Shown here: one piece after another, positions 23,488-38,026 of the stretch | Layout of the letters: each line of letters begins with the position of its first letter | Position numbering within the stretch: the first letter of the stretch is position 1 | Source: Podarcis tiliguerta | Lineage: Eukaryota | DNA: 64,000 nt | Direction: 5' to 3' (one strand) | Assembly (NCBI GenBank): GCA_965153285.1 | Contig: OZ229110.1 | Translations under genes and position numbers: made by a program | Notes under the pieces: generated by a model | The model's input: only the letters and a program-made list of their open reading frames with translations | What the model was told of the DNA's origin: nothing | Database searches by the model: none

Positions 23488-24849
23488 GTAATTGTTCTTC
23501 ATAGCTGACAGAGCTTCATCCTCGTGCACAATATTGATACTCCACTCATAAGAAAGGGAGCTGTCTGCTTCTTCATAACAATCAACCTGCCAATATCGTG
23601 GTCAGGGATGATGGGAGTTGTCATTCAACAACATTTGGAGGGCCAAAGGTTCCCCACCATTGGTTTAGAAGGGGGTATTTAGGCAGCTAGACATCACATC
23701 AAAGTGATAAATGCTTCTTGTGTTTCTTATGTGACATTTTTCAGGGATGTAATGACTGGTGAGTTATGCCCAAGACTAAGCACACATGTATCATCTAAGT
23801 AAACAATACACTTACCTGGGGCCCTCCAGATGCCATCAGACTACAATTCACATCAGTCTGACTTTTGGCTATTCTGTCTGGGACTGATGGGAGCTGGAGG
23901 GCCACAGGTTCTCCATCCTTGCTCTAAGGATACTTGAAGTCCGTGGTTCTGTTAAGAAGCCACTTGTGTTTGTTCAGTCTAGATATTTCATTTTGTATCC
24001 AGGCACAGTATGGTTTTCAGGCGATAGGCAGTCTTCAAACAAAAAGGGAACACGAGAAACAGATTCAGTTTGATTCAAAGAAGCTGGTCACCATCTACTA
24101 GAAAATTAAGTGTTCTTAGATCTGCATTAAATTGTTACTTTACTATTAAAAATAGACCATATATAATATAGTACCACTTTCACAAAGGTAGCATCCTGAA
24201 GCATATTCTTGTCCAGTTTTCTTATTCTGTATTTATGTAATGCTGCAATATGTCGTTCTCACCTCCGTGTTCTTTGAATTTAAAATTCTTTTAAATCCAT
24301 ATTTAGGAAGTTAAAGCAGTAGTCTGGACTAGATCCAAATCACAAATAACTCCCAGCTGAAATCTTTTTTTTTAACGGCGGCACATATCAATATTGCCAC
24401 CCACAGTCTTCAGAAATTTTTAGATTACAATGTAAATTGGGATATTTGTTTTTTGCCTTTTTTTCTAAAAATGTTCCTGTGGGGACGTTGACATTTAAGT
24501 CATCTTCTGCAACTTGGGGGGTGGAGGTTAGAGAATTTATAATGGAAGTCTAACTTGGAATTCTTGGGACAGCTTGTCACATTTCATGTGCAAGATATAA
24601 ATGCACAAATCACTCTCATGTCTGAAAATAAATTCACATTCAAGGTGGCAGTGAAAAATCGATGCAGCTCTCTGAAAGAATGTTTTTTCTGTACACGTCT
24701 GATTTTTGCTTTGGAATTTTGCAGTTCAGAGGCCTTCTTTCTAGTCTGTTGCAGATTTTCATTTTTGTAACAGCTGTGCTGAATCTGACCAAAGCCCTTT
24801 CCATTCTAGCACAGCCTACTAGATGCCAATGGGAAGCTCACAGGCAGAA

Positions 24850-24975
24850 CATAGAATCACAGAACTGCAGAGTTGGAAGGGACCCTGAGGATCATGTAGT
24901 CCAACCCCTGCAATGCAGGAATCTTTTGCCCAACATGGGGCTTGAACCCACAAACCTGTCCAACTGGCTGAACTA
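24850..24975 (-). mobile_element. Short SINE with tRNA-like head and CR1-derived tail
   Basis: CR1-type tail (atagaatcacag...gttggaagggacc...ccaacccctgcaatgcagg) joined to reverse B box gggcttgaacccac; similar tail piece at about 14575-14630. Confidence 0.55.
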
Positions 24976-25621
24976 TCATGAGTAGCCCTCTCCCATTTGT
25001 GATCCCCAGTAAGTGGTATTCAGCGCCATACTGCCTCTGATATTGGACAAAATATAGGCATCACCATATTTTCTATAGTGGTCATCATCACTTGCTACAT
25101 TAGATTGCTTCATAATATAGAGACAAGAGTACAGCTGAAATTGTAACTCCACTAACCCACTGAATTCAAAATGACTTTCTTCTGAGTATTGTGAGATTAT
25201 ATATTGAGTCATTATAAACTACGGAGGATAAAACTCTCAACAGATGATAAGGCTCTCAGTGGTTACTATATTCATGAAGGCTGTATATTACCTCCAGGAG
25301 CAAAGGAAGTGTGTCTCTGGATGCCAGCCACTAGGGGACAGCAGGAGGAAGCTCTTTCCCTCCTGTCCTGTTTGTGAGCTTTCCAGAGGTTGGCTGCTGT
25401 GAGAAACAGATGCTGGACTAGATGGGCCTTTGGGTTGATTCAGCAGGGCTTCCAATCCCACAGCAATGCTGCAACTGCCCACCAATCACTATGAAATTCA
25501 CCACTGATGCTCCCACGGTACCCATGCATGAAAGGCATCAGTCTACATGCAACTTGCCTTTCATGCATGGGTAGTGTGGGCGTCTCATTGGCAAATGTCG
25601 TAGTGATTGGTGGGTAATAAT

Positions 25622-25734
25622 CAGTGCTATTTTTCACCATGAACCACCTCCCTTGTTCTCTTAGAACGGCAACGGTGTCCACCTGAGAGGTGCTGGAACT
25701 CAGTTCCTGTGAGTTCCGGCTGAAAAAAGCCCTG
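25622..25734. mobile_element. Short non-autonomous DNA element
   Basis: Termini CAGTGCTATTTTT / AAAAAAGCCCTG; reverse-oriented relative at about 44512-44660. Confidence 0.55.
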
Positions 25735-27034
25735 GTAATAATAATGATAATAATAATAATTGATCCTACCCTTCCCATCCTACAGTGTTTGTTCTTTTAA
25801 TATTTTATTTTCATCTTTTAAACAATATTCTTATACATTCACATCATTTTCAATTTCTGTGCTTCTGGGATTACTTAGATCCCTCGGACTCCCCCCCCCC
25901 TTTCTGATTCCCTCCCTTTTTTGCATCTAATTACATTTTTCTAATCCATTTTATCTCCTTTTTTTACCTTAAATCATATTACATTATAAGTGTCATAACA
26001 ATCCTGCTGACTTTTTAAAGTATCTACAGTTGTCTTTAAGGTATTTTATAATTCTCCCCCTAATTATTTTATCATCTTGGTGTCTGATCTTCACCGTCAT
26101 CTTTGCCATTTCAGCGTAGTCCATCAACAGTGTTGCTGGGGGGAGTGACTGCCAAAATTGCTACATTAGCATTTATTTCTAATGCTTGGACTTTAGAAAA
26201 CTGCAGTCAACATACAGTGACAGCAGGAACATCACTGAACCCAGTCTACCCACTTTGCCACACATAATGTGCAAGGCTCTCTGCGTAGTGGGCTGGAAGT
26301 AATTCACAGCCACATCTTTAGCCACATTCCGTAGGGCTCCCTCAGATAGGATCAGATCTTCTAGCACAGCCAGCACCAGCGCACAGCCCTTTTGACATGG
26401 GTAAAACACAAAATTACACAAAGGGAAAATGCCCCTTCAGTCACAAACAACACTTAGTCACCTCCATTAGCCCAGTGATTACAGTATTGGCATGTAGAAC
26501 CTGTGAATGACCGACACCCCCCCACTTGCGTCTAATATCAGGGATTCCACTCAGCTTTTATGCAACAAATTTTATTGCATGGATGTGATGCATAAGCTGT
26601 ATGCATGGAAAAGGAATAGTTGTGGCCACATGGGCAAGGAAAAACAGACGCTACAAGAACAGGAGCGAGAATGTATGTGGTGCAGCGGTCTGGCTGGTAG
26701 CACAGTCGGAAAGTGCAATATAATGCAGGGAAAGGAGATGTGGGTTCTTCTCTGGAGAGATGGAATTGCTAAATATGTTTCTGCAGGTCAGAGTGTGGAA
26801 TTTTTAGTTTGACACACCTTTTTATGCTTGGAGCTAAATACCGGGTAAAATACAGCTCTCACCTTTTCACCACTTATCTTACCCATGCTCTCTGCCTTCC
26901 TCAGCCAACAGCTTGCTGTCTAATTTTTGTACTGTTATGTCGCCACTGCTATTTACAGAAGTCTTCTGCCTTCTTTCTTCAGTGTGCTCCTTTTCCTCAT
27001 GTTATCACTTCATCTCTCTTCTCCCCCAATACAG

Positions 27035-27132
27035 ATTTCCTGCAGAAGAAAACAATTGGAGCCAAAGAAGAGACTGGTTTTACTGAAGGCTGCCTGGCAA
27101 ACCCCATTATGGACAAATCTCAGGTTTCTCCA
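27035..27132 (+). CDS. PPP1R32: PPP1R32/SAXO4 coding exon 6 (3' boundary uncertain)
   Basis: caatacag|; DFLQKKTIGAKEETGFTEGCLANPIMDKSQVSP. Three phase-0 donor candidates: 27123 (CAG|GTTTCT), 27132 (CCA|GTAAAC), 27141 (TCT|GTATAT). Confidence 0.85.
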
Positions 27133-28229
27133 GTAAACTCTGTATATGCTGCTGTTCTTGCCGAGGGTCACATTAAGCATTAAGCTGCGGAGCCCAGTGG
27201 AATATGGTGCTTCTGCTCTAGTTGCTTGTTAGTTTGAACAGTGGATCGATCTCTCCTGACCCCTGTGCTCCTCACTTACTAAGGAATTTGCCCCCACGAG
27301 AAGTAGCGATGGGCACAAACATGGATGGCTTTAAAAGGCTAGGCAAATTCACAGAGGATGGGGCTATAAGTGGCTACTAACCACAATGGCTTTGTTCTAC
27401 CTCCGTTGTTGGGGGCAGTATGCCTCTGAATGGCTGTTGCTGGAAATCACTGGTGGGAAGAGTGCTATTGCACTCATGTCCTTCTTGTGAGCTCCCCACA
27501 GGCAGCTGGCTGGCCACTGTGAGAACAGGATGTCCTACTAGATGGGCTGTTGACCTGAACCAGCAAGGCTCTTCATATATTCATATGATGTGATAGTGCC
27601 TATTCTTATGTAGCCAAAAAGGCACCAAGCACATACCAAAAAGAGGTACTAGCAGGCTTGGAAGAACTTCCAGGTTTTCCAGAAACCTAAAAGCACCAAG
27701 AAGACTGTGCGTGCTCAGTGGGCATGGCATGCTTGCTGTTGAGGGTGGGAGGAATGGAATGAAGTTTCCTGGAGAAGGGGATCGCTAGCTAGTAAGAACC
27801 CAGAACAAGAGCATTCTACCCTGCAATATTTTGTTACAGGTTCCACTTTTCCTGTACCTGAGTCTTGGTCTGTGGGTACTTTGCTTTTAAGAGAGGTTAA
27901 AGGCAAAAGCAAATCTAGTTTCTCTGTACATTTAGCCATGAATGTTCAAGTGCAGCCCATAGGTCCTTGCAGTTTCACTATAGCAGGAATATGATTCCAT
28001 GCAATTAAGGACAAAATACCACTAGTTCAACCCTTCCCAACCTGGTTCCTTCCAGGTGCTTTGGATAAAAACTCCTGCCAGTTCCAACCAACACAGTATC
28101 TTGGAAGGCTGAACTAGTTGCTCCTAAGACAGGCTTGCCTGCTCCCAAGTAGAAGCTGTAATGGAACCGGTGCTTCCTCTTGTCTACCTTCCTCTCTCTG
28201 AGTCTCAGTACTTGTCTTCTGCTTTGCAG

Positions 28230-28289
28230 AGTAGCGCTCCAGGAGTCAGCATTACCAAGACAGATTATCTGCCATCTTCCTTTGCACAT
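28230..28289 (+). CDS. PPP1R32: PPP1R32/SAXO4 coding exon 7
   Basis: ctttgcag|; SSAPGVSITKTDYLPSSFAH; donor CAT|GTAAGG. Confidence 0.9.
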
Positions 28290-28457
28290 GTAAGGAGACC
28301 ATTTGTAATAGGGTTGTTACTGGTGGAGACCTGTAAAATCAGTTGAAGGGATGTGCTTTGCCGGTAGGCAAAAGTGCCATTTCCCCCTTAGTGTATTTCC
28401 TTTTGTTGGCTGTTTGCATGTGCTGTACTCACCGTTAATATGTCCCCCTCCCGACAG

Positions 28458-28538
28458 GGTGATGAGTTCCTACCAGTCCTGTCAAAGGGTTCTGAGAGGG
28501 GATCTGGATTCAGTCGGCAGAATCTTGGCCGTACCCCA
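28458..28538 (+). CDS. PPP1R32: PPP1R32/SAXO4 coding exon 8
   Basis: cccgacag|; GDEFLPVLSKGSERGSGFSRQNLGRTP; donor CCA|GTAAGT. Confidence 0.92.
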
Positions 28539-29128
28539 GTAAGTGACACTCCCTTATCACCAGAAGACCTGTCCTGCTTCCTTTAGTACATTCCCTCTGC
28601 CTACTTACACAATCTCCCTTCACTGCTCTCTCTAGAAGTCTCTGCCACTCTTTCCCTGCCAGCACCTCTCATTTCCTTTCATCTACATTTTCATGTATCT
28701 TTGCCTGCCCTGACCTATTTTTCTACCTGCCTTTGTTCTTTAGGCCCTTTTCTTGCTTTCTCTGGGATTTGTCTTCCACTGCCAGAGTCCGCAAACAGAA
28801 GCCTCTCCTGAGTCTCTGCTTGTTCCTCTTACTACCATCCGTGGCTATCTTACAGACAACCTTCCTCATTTCCATCCCAGTCTTCCTTGTTGCATCCCTT
28901 TCTTCAGTAACTCCTACAACCTGGGGTGGCTGGGGCATGTTGGGATTGGTGGAGAGGAAGGCCAGGAGGCCAACAGTAGATGGTAGTCAAGAGCCAATGA
29001 CAGGCAGGCTGAGACAAAGGAGGAAGAAGCTGACAGTCACTGCCTCCCCATGGACTGATTGTGAGGAGGCAGGCAAGGTTGCCACTGCCCACAATGGTTT
29101 CTTCACTCATGACCTTCAATCTCCACAG

Positions 29129-29245
29129 ACGGTTCAACCAGATGTAGAGGCACCAGGTCCCCTGAGCCACTCTCAGTTCCAAGGCCTTCAGCATCAACCT
29201 CAGACACAGAACAATCTTCTAGGTCGGGAACAAGTGGGTCACAAG
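29129..29245 (+). CDS. PPP1R32: PPP1R32/SAXO4 coding exon 9
   Basis: ctccacag|; TVQPDVEAPGPLSHSQFQGLQHQPQTQNNLLGREQVGHK; donor AAG|GTATGC. Confidence 0.88.
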
Positions 29246-29355
29246 GTATGCCTGAACTACAGTCTCAAGGCCTTACGTCTTCATAATCTGTTGGGCACTT
29301 TGCTCTGCTTCTATGGTACTAGACCCTTACTCTTTTCATGGACCTCTCTATGCAG

Positions 29356-29450
29356 GAACCAACAGGATTCAGCCTCAATAACCTTAAATATGTGACACCT
29401 GCACATGATCCAGATCTGCCCAACAGATTCCTGACTAGCTATAACTCCAA
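29356..29450 (+). CDS. PPP1R32: PPP1R32/SAXO4 coding exon 10
   Basis: ctatgcag|; EPTGFSLNNLKYVTPAHDPDLPNRFLTSYNS; donor CAA|GTAAGT, phase 2. Confidence 0.92.
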
Positions 29451-29537
29451 GTAAGTTTGACACTGGGTGGCCACCTGTGTTGGGAGAAGTAACATTCCCA
29501 GGCTATGTCTTGTTGTTAAGGTACCATTTTCCTATCT

Positions 29538-29810
29538 CAGGGGTCCCCAAACTAAGGCCTGTGGGCCGGATAATGCTGAGGGACATGTTTATCTGGCCTG
29601 TGGTGACCCCTGGTGTCCACTCTTACCGGCGCTGCGCTGCGCAGTGCCCACTTCCAGATCGGAGGAGCACCAGAAATAGCTTGTGCACATGCACGTTATT
29701 TGCATTATTTCCAGTGCACATCCAGGTTGGAGGAGGCCCATGCACATGCACACGAGCTATTTCCGGTGCTCCTCCAACCTGGAAGTGCGCTGGAAATAGC
29801 ATGTGCTATT
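29538..29810. mobile_element. hAT-like MITE fragment
   Basis: Starts CAGGGGTCCCCAAACTAAGGCC; internal inverted repeats (gaaatagc.tgtgc / gcacacgagctatttcc). Related element at about 41405-41712. Confidence 0.5.
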
Positions 29811-30018
29811 AGAGAGTGCATTGTGGGAGTACTGGAACAGCAAAGGTTTGCGCAGCTTTTGGGCCTGTTTGTGTGGATGGCGTGTACTGAAACAGATATT
29901 TGTAGAAGTGCATTGTTTGCAGGATATATACACACACATATGATTTTGTTTGAGGGAGAACGGAGGCAGCAGGTGAGTTCGACTACACATGGAATAATTC
30001 ATCCTTTCTCTCATTCAG

Positions 30019-30183
30019 GTTTTATGAAAACATTCCAAAGGGAGTGGATAGGGAAGGCTGGACACGAGGAGGGATCCAGCCACAGCAGCCTGGTGGTTTT
30101 GCTACTAACAACCATGCCACTGACTTAGGCACTGACCCCAATGCCACAGAGACCTTGAGGACAATCCATCCTCATGTTGGCAG
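30019..30183 (+). CDS. PPP1R32: PPP1R32/SAXO4 coding exon 11
   Basis: tcattcag|; FYENIPKGVDREGWTRGGIQPQQPGGFATNNHATDLGTDPNATETLRTIHPHVG (recalled human YFENIPKGLDQEGWTRGGIQPQMPGGY); donor CAG|GTAATT. Confidence 0.95.
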
Positions 30184-30306
30184 GTAATTTTGGATTTGTT
30201 GTAGCTCTTCTTCTCTGACCTTCCTTTACTGTATGATTCCTCTTTCAATCCCCTGTTTTCTCCAACTGACCTTTCTTTTGTAATTCTTTCTCCTCCTGCA
30301 TTTCAG

Positions 30307-30394
30307 GACAATTACAACAGTTGATCCATTCTATCGTGATTCTCCCCATGACCGCCGCTTTGCTGCTCTCCATCAGACGACTGTGCCCAACTAA
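30307..30394 (+). CDS. PPP1R32: PPP1R32/SAXO4 coding exon 12 with stop
   Basis: catttcag|; RTITTVDPFYRDSPHDRRFAALHQTTVPN*. Total CDS 1275 nt (424 aa) using the 27132 donor. Repeated S/T-x-Y/F-x-x-x-Y/F motifs resemble the Mn-type motifs of SAXO microtubule inner proteins. Confidence 0.92.
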
Positions 30395-31703
30395 GTAAGT
30401 GACATAACCCATTGCATCATTGAACAGTAGGCTAGCAGTATCAAGCATCTGAGAGTCAAAAGGGCAATATTGTGTGTTATGCTGTTTTAATTTGGCCACT
30501 GTTTGGAAACTGGAGTCTAGAGCTTCTCAGGTTTAATCAAACCAGACGGCCTTTTTATTGGGCACTCATTCTGATTTGTTTGCAGGGAGATTAGTAAACA
30601 TTAGTTATTTAATGAGCTTTCACTCTGGTGTTCATGGAGAGGTTAGATGACATTGCATCCAAGCAACTGTTATCCCAGTTTCCAGAACATTTTCCCTCAT
30701 CATTTTTCTTATTGTAAAATGTCTGATCTTTTGGGGAAGCAGGTTTCTTGTGTAAGACCTCCCAATCAACTATATGCATGCAATCTGAATTTTCTGGTAT
30801 ATGATTGGATTCCACCTGAAAATAGTGACAGACTGGAAACACCTACGGTTTTATGGATGAATTCCAGGAATACATACAGACAACTCCAGCACTTCTTCTT
30901 CTCCTCTGAAAAGTAAAATTTCATAGAACCAACTGCACTTTTTCCATACACAAAAATGTCCTGGAAATTTGCCATGGGTTAATTTTGCTGGGGAAGACAA
31001 ATGCGAACATTTTTCACTTCCATTCTCTCTGCCTTTCAACATCAACCTTCCTGTTAAGGCTATTTATTCAACAAAACTGGTATATTGCTTGATTGTAACT
31101 AAAACCTCTATGCCGTTTACACACACACGTTAGTCTAACATTAAAGCTTAGACTAAGGTTAGTGACTGATTTTAGTCTTTCTGCCTCTTTACAGCCTCTG
31201 TTCCAAACTGGACCCCACACTGATATCTTTGGGCCTCAGAACAATCTCCCACATGCTAAGGAAGGAGCAACAGTGATAGCGCTGTCACATCATTCATATT
31301 TTACTGTTAAAGGTTGTATAGTTTTAAATAAATTCAAACAATATATTGCTGGTATGTTTAATGGAACTGGCGCAGCATCTAAATGGATATAGAAAGACCC
31401 CTGGAAGCAGAGATGGATATGACTTTCTTGAAGAGTCTGGTGAAGATTGAAGAAACAGAAGGGTTGGGGTGGAATGATGATAGTGAGGCCTCATGTGCAG
31501 GTGCCAGATGTAAGGCAGACCAAAACAGATGCATGCTCTGAACCAGGAACTACATTTATTCTTCAACTTCTAAACTTCTCTACACTTGTCCTTCCTAGGA
31601 TTAGTATATGGTATAAATATTCCACTAACAATGGGTGGATGAATGCTTTGACCTTGAAACACAATGTCTTGTGTTGCAAAAGCACAAATATCTCCTTCAT
31701 ATA

Positions 31704-31929
31704 CAGTGGTACCTCAGGTTACATACGCTTCAGGTTACAGACTCTGCTAACCCAGAAATATTACCTCGGGTTAAGAACTTTGCTTCAGGATGTGAACAGA
31801 AATCGTGCTCCGGCAGCGCGGCAGCAGCAGGAGGCCCCATTAGCTAAAGTAGTGCTTCAGGTTAAGAACAGTTTCAGGTTAAGAACGGACCTCCGGAACG
31901 AATTAAGTACTTAACCCAAGGTACCACTG
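31704..31929. mobile_element. Tc1/mariner-type MITE, copy 3 (opposite orientation)
   Basis: TA-CAGTGGTACCTC...AAGGTACCACTG-TA. Confidence 0.9.
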
Positions 31930-32467
31930 TACATCACTCTTCCCACAACCCTGCTATGTATACACTGGATTTCTTCAGTTCCCAACAACTATAGTGTAAT
32001 AAAGGTTGTGTGTCACTCTGCTGAGACTGCAATCAGACTCATTTCAGGCTGTATCTGGTACAATGTCCCCATACCAGTACCACTAGCATGTTATACTCAG
32101 TATGCTAGTTAACATTTGCCTTGTGGCAGCAAATATATTTTATCTTTTTGATCGTGGTATAGAGCTAGAAACACACACACAGAACACTGAAACAGTAGGA
32201 TCTTTTGTCCCCTGCAGGGTGTGATATAACACCATATAGTAAAGGTTCCCATATGTCCTTGTACTGTGAAACACAAATTCACCCACCTACATAGCTAGTA
32301 GGGTACAGCTTCTTTCATGCATTGTGCAATAAACATTCACACAGTTGGGGAGCATTGTATGGTGTGAAGTAGTGGGAGGTGCATGCAGAGCTGGAATTCC
32401 CTGTATCCTTTAATTGTGTGGCCCATATGAAAAGCCTATTTCTCCTGTGGCCAGGAATAGTAAAGAC

Positions 32468-32468
<1 letters not shown>

Positions 32469-32500
<32 letters not shown>
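32469..32500. repeat. (AC)16 microsatellite
   Basis: Direct reading. Confidence 0.95.
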
Positions 32501-32506
<6 letters not shown>

Positions 32507-34024
32507 CCCTCCCCCCCTCACTGTTACATGAACGCAGTCTCCCTTCCCCTTTTCAGCATGGAACTGACACCTTGATTTCTCTTTTCTTTCAGGTGCAATG
32601 CACACCATTTCAGCTCTGGTTCTCAGTTTTCTGCCCAGTATTAATAGGAGTCACAGTGTACTGCTTTCCTTTTTCCATTTCTCACATTTCTCTCTGTGGA
32701 TGAGTTTTCACTCCTAGTCAATGTTTCATGAGCTGGTGGCACAGGCTGCTCCAACACTGAAAAGAAATACTTCTCTTAAATGTACCACACACGTTGCAGC
32801 TTTAAGCTCAGCGTAATGATATCTGGCATCAGATCAGTTTCTCATTGTGCCTTGGAATGTGACAGCATGTCTGATCTCTTCTTCAAACTAGGAGGAAACT
32901 GAGATGGTTCTGCCACATACACACCTCAGCATGTTGTTGTCCTAGGCCCTAGATAGAACTCTCCTTGAACTTAGTTGGTGCATGGAATGCATTTGTTGCT
33001 TGATAATGAAAGAGTTTAATGCAAGCCAAGATGATTCAAAAATGGGGCAAAAGGAATGGTTGGTTTTTGCATGTGTGTATATAAAGAGCTAGCATGGCTA
33101 TAGCTTTTAGGACAGCTTTTGGGATGGGAAAAGAAAGCAGTAAAAAAGCAATTTAATTTAAATCCTTAGTTCATTAAGGGTACTATCGGGTTCTCTCTGT
33201 GGCCTCATGGTGTGACTGTAATATTGCGAGCAAAGGTTTTCATTAGCCTGATGCCTCTGAGTGCCAATAAAATGTTTCCTTACTTTTAACTTTTTGCTCC
33301 AAAACTTTCTCTCAGCCATCCATAGTTTAACTTCTTTGAAATTTTTAGATTGTTATCTGATGCCACCTCTTTCCTTGCCTAGTGAAGCTATGCGGGGCTA
33401 ACTCCATTAGAAGCTTGCCTTTAAAAACCATTTCCTTCTGCTATTTGATCATTTCTGGGCTTGGGTTTTGTTTTGCTTTCAACGTCATCCTCTCACTTGT
33501 CAGCCAGCACATGACTAGAAGAGTCCTGCACGCGAGGATCATCTCCTCCCTCTTTCATAACCCTGACATATTCATCTTTGCGTACACCCTGCAGAACTGC
33601 ACTCTCTTCTAGGCTGTTCTCTTACATATCTAATGTGCTGCCTGAGCCTCCCTCTCTGCTCTCTCCCTCCCACTGAATATCTGTGTTTATATTTCCCCAG
33701 ATGGATTAGTTGCATTTTCTGAAGATAGTCAGCCCATGCTGTTTCTTGTCTTCAACTTTTGAGTGAGTAGGGGGTTCTTGTCCCAAATTGTGTTTTGTTC
33801 TACACACTTGTGGGGAGGAGTGTCTTCCACATTTGTAGAAGCCTAGATAACATATGCTGCTGCTGCTGCTATGTGTGCACAAGGGGGAGGGGCAGAGGTA
33901 CAGATCTGGACACACTGGGCCAAAAGGGTTCCCCATTCCACTGTATGTGGTGTACTGGATGACAATGGTGGCAATTTCCTGAAAAACGGGCTACTGCTTC
34001 ATGGTTAGCTATACATAGGAAATA

Positions 34025-34195
34025 TAGAAGCTGCCTTACACTTGGTCCATCTAGCTCAATAGTGTCTACACGGACTGGTGGCAGCATTCCATGGTTGCAG
34101 GTAGGAGTATCTCCCAGCCTCATCTGGAGATGCTGGCAATTTAACCTGGGATCCTTGCCATGCAAAACAGATGCTCTACCACTTAGCCATGGGCT
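34025..34195 (-). mobile_element. Old tRNA-derived squamate SINE
   Basis: ggtccatctagctc...ctggagatgctgg...aacctggga...gctctaccact. Similar relics at about 990-1150, 47285-47440 and 63630-63775. Confidence 0.55.
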
Positions 34196-35819
34196 CTACT
34201 ATACTAGAGGGAAGTTTAAAATGGGTATGAATATATGGATCAGATCTGCAACATCAGCTGGTAACTATGTCTGCAGAAGGCAGAGAAGTCTACATATAGC
34301 TCTGGAAAAAGAATCCCCATCACCTTTACAACCATCTGGAGTGAGAATAATTCAGAGCGAGTGTCACTCATGACGACGGAGATATAGATATATGACTGAG
34401 GGGGAGTTGGTACTGAAATAACAAGCCTACCAATGGGGATACATTAATATAGTTCATGGGGAATAAGGCAGTACTGATCTGACTGTGTGCTAAGCAAACT
34501 CTGTGTATAGAACTCTGAGGTTCTGATGTGCCTGCAAATAAAGTTAATGGAAAAACAACTGCTCATTTTTATGGGAGCTAGACCAACATCTTAAAGAGCC
34601 TTATTTTTCTCATCCTCTGAATCTGCATTTATCATAAACGTTAGCCTCTATTTTATGGATGGGATTTGTAATTTATGCATTTTAGGCAGGTGCAGGAATT
34701 CTTTTCTACACAATGTGGCCACATATTTACTCCTATAACTCGTGTTTAAACATCCTCTTTAATATTAGGGTTTCTGTATCTTAAAGTTTACTTCAAGGCT
34801 GATTTAGGGTGTAGATTTAGGGTGCTTTGCTAGTCTATGCACCAGATTAGAAACCAGTGGCATGTAAGGGAGCAAATCTATATTATTATTTTGAACAGTC
34901 ATGCATAGGGATTCTTTTCACATGATAATCAGTTCTATGTGACAGCTTAGAAATCTGAAGTCACCAAGATTCCTGAAGCAAGTTCTCCTAACTTAAATAG
35001 CCAGTCTTCAGCTGCCTGAATGTAAATGTTTAGCTCTTGGTTCACAAACTTACTTCTGTGTGTTAACTGAATGAAATCTAGTGTTTTCTATACTAAACAC
35101 AGGTTTTATATAACCAGAGGCCAGAGTCTTCATACAACTGTTGTACCTTTTAATGGTTTGCCTCCTAACCTGATACTGTATTTGTTGCACTGACTTCCAG
35201 CAGCAGATGCGACGAACTGACGTAATACGATAATCAGTGCCAAATGCGCACAAGAAGTCTGTGTGGATTCGCTTTTTATAGATTGTTGAAGTACGCAAAA
35301 AGCTACTTTTTCCAGCAGTGCCTTAAAAACCAGCTCATGCGGAGTTCTGCATCTACTCTTGTGGCTTTTGCACCACAACTTCGGCACATGGCACCACAGC
35401 TGCAAATCACTGCAGGCCGTGGATACCATCCAGCAAGCAGCTGTGACAATGGGCCCTCAGTTTCTCAGCTGTAAAATGTGGAGAGCAATCTTTCAGTTGC
35501 TACAAGGATCAAGCTCTTTGAAAAAGAGTAAGTCTGATAAGTCTGCTTACTCAAAAGTAAGCCTCAGTGGACACAATGGGGCTTGCTCCCATGTGACTGG
35601 GTGCTGTTAGTTTCCAACCAGCAGATGCTACCCTGCAGTAGTAACACTCGTGTGCGCCTTCTCTCTAGGGAATCTGTGGCAGCAACATTACTGGGAAGCC
35701 TTTTCGCTTTGCAGTGTGGACTTTGGGTGCTGAGGAGAAATCGATCGTCGTCCTCACTGTGGTGGTGGTGGTTGTTGCTGCTGCTGCTTCCCACTCCAGC
35801 CCTTTTGCAGCCCCTCGTC

Positions 35820-38026
<2,207 letters not shown>

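Noticed and set aside
28733-29395. 220-aa ORF
   Set aside because: Intronic run-in and run-out around PPP1R32 exon 9; only 29129-29245 resembles the protein and has splice sites.
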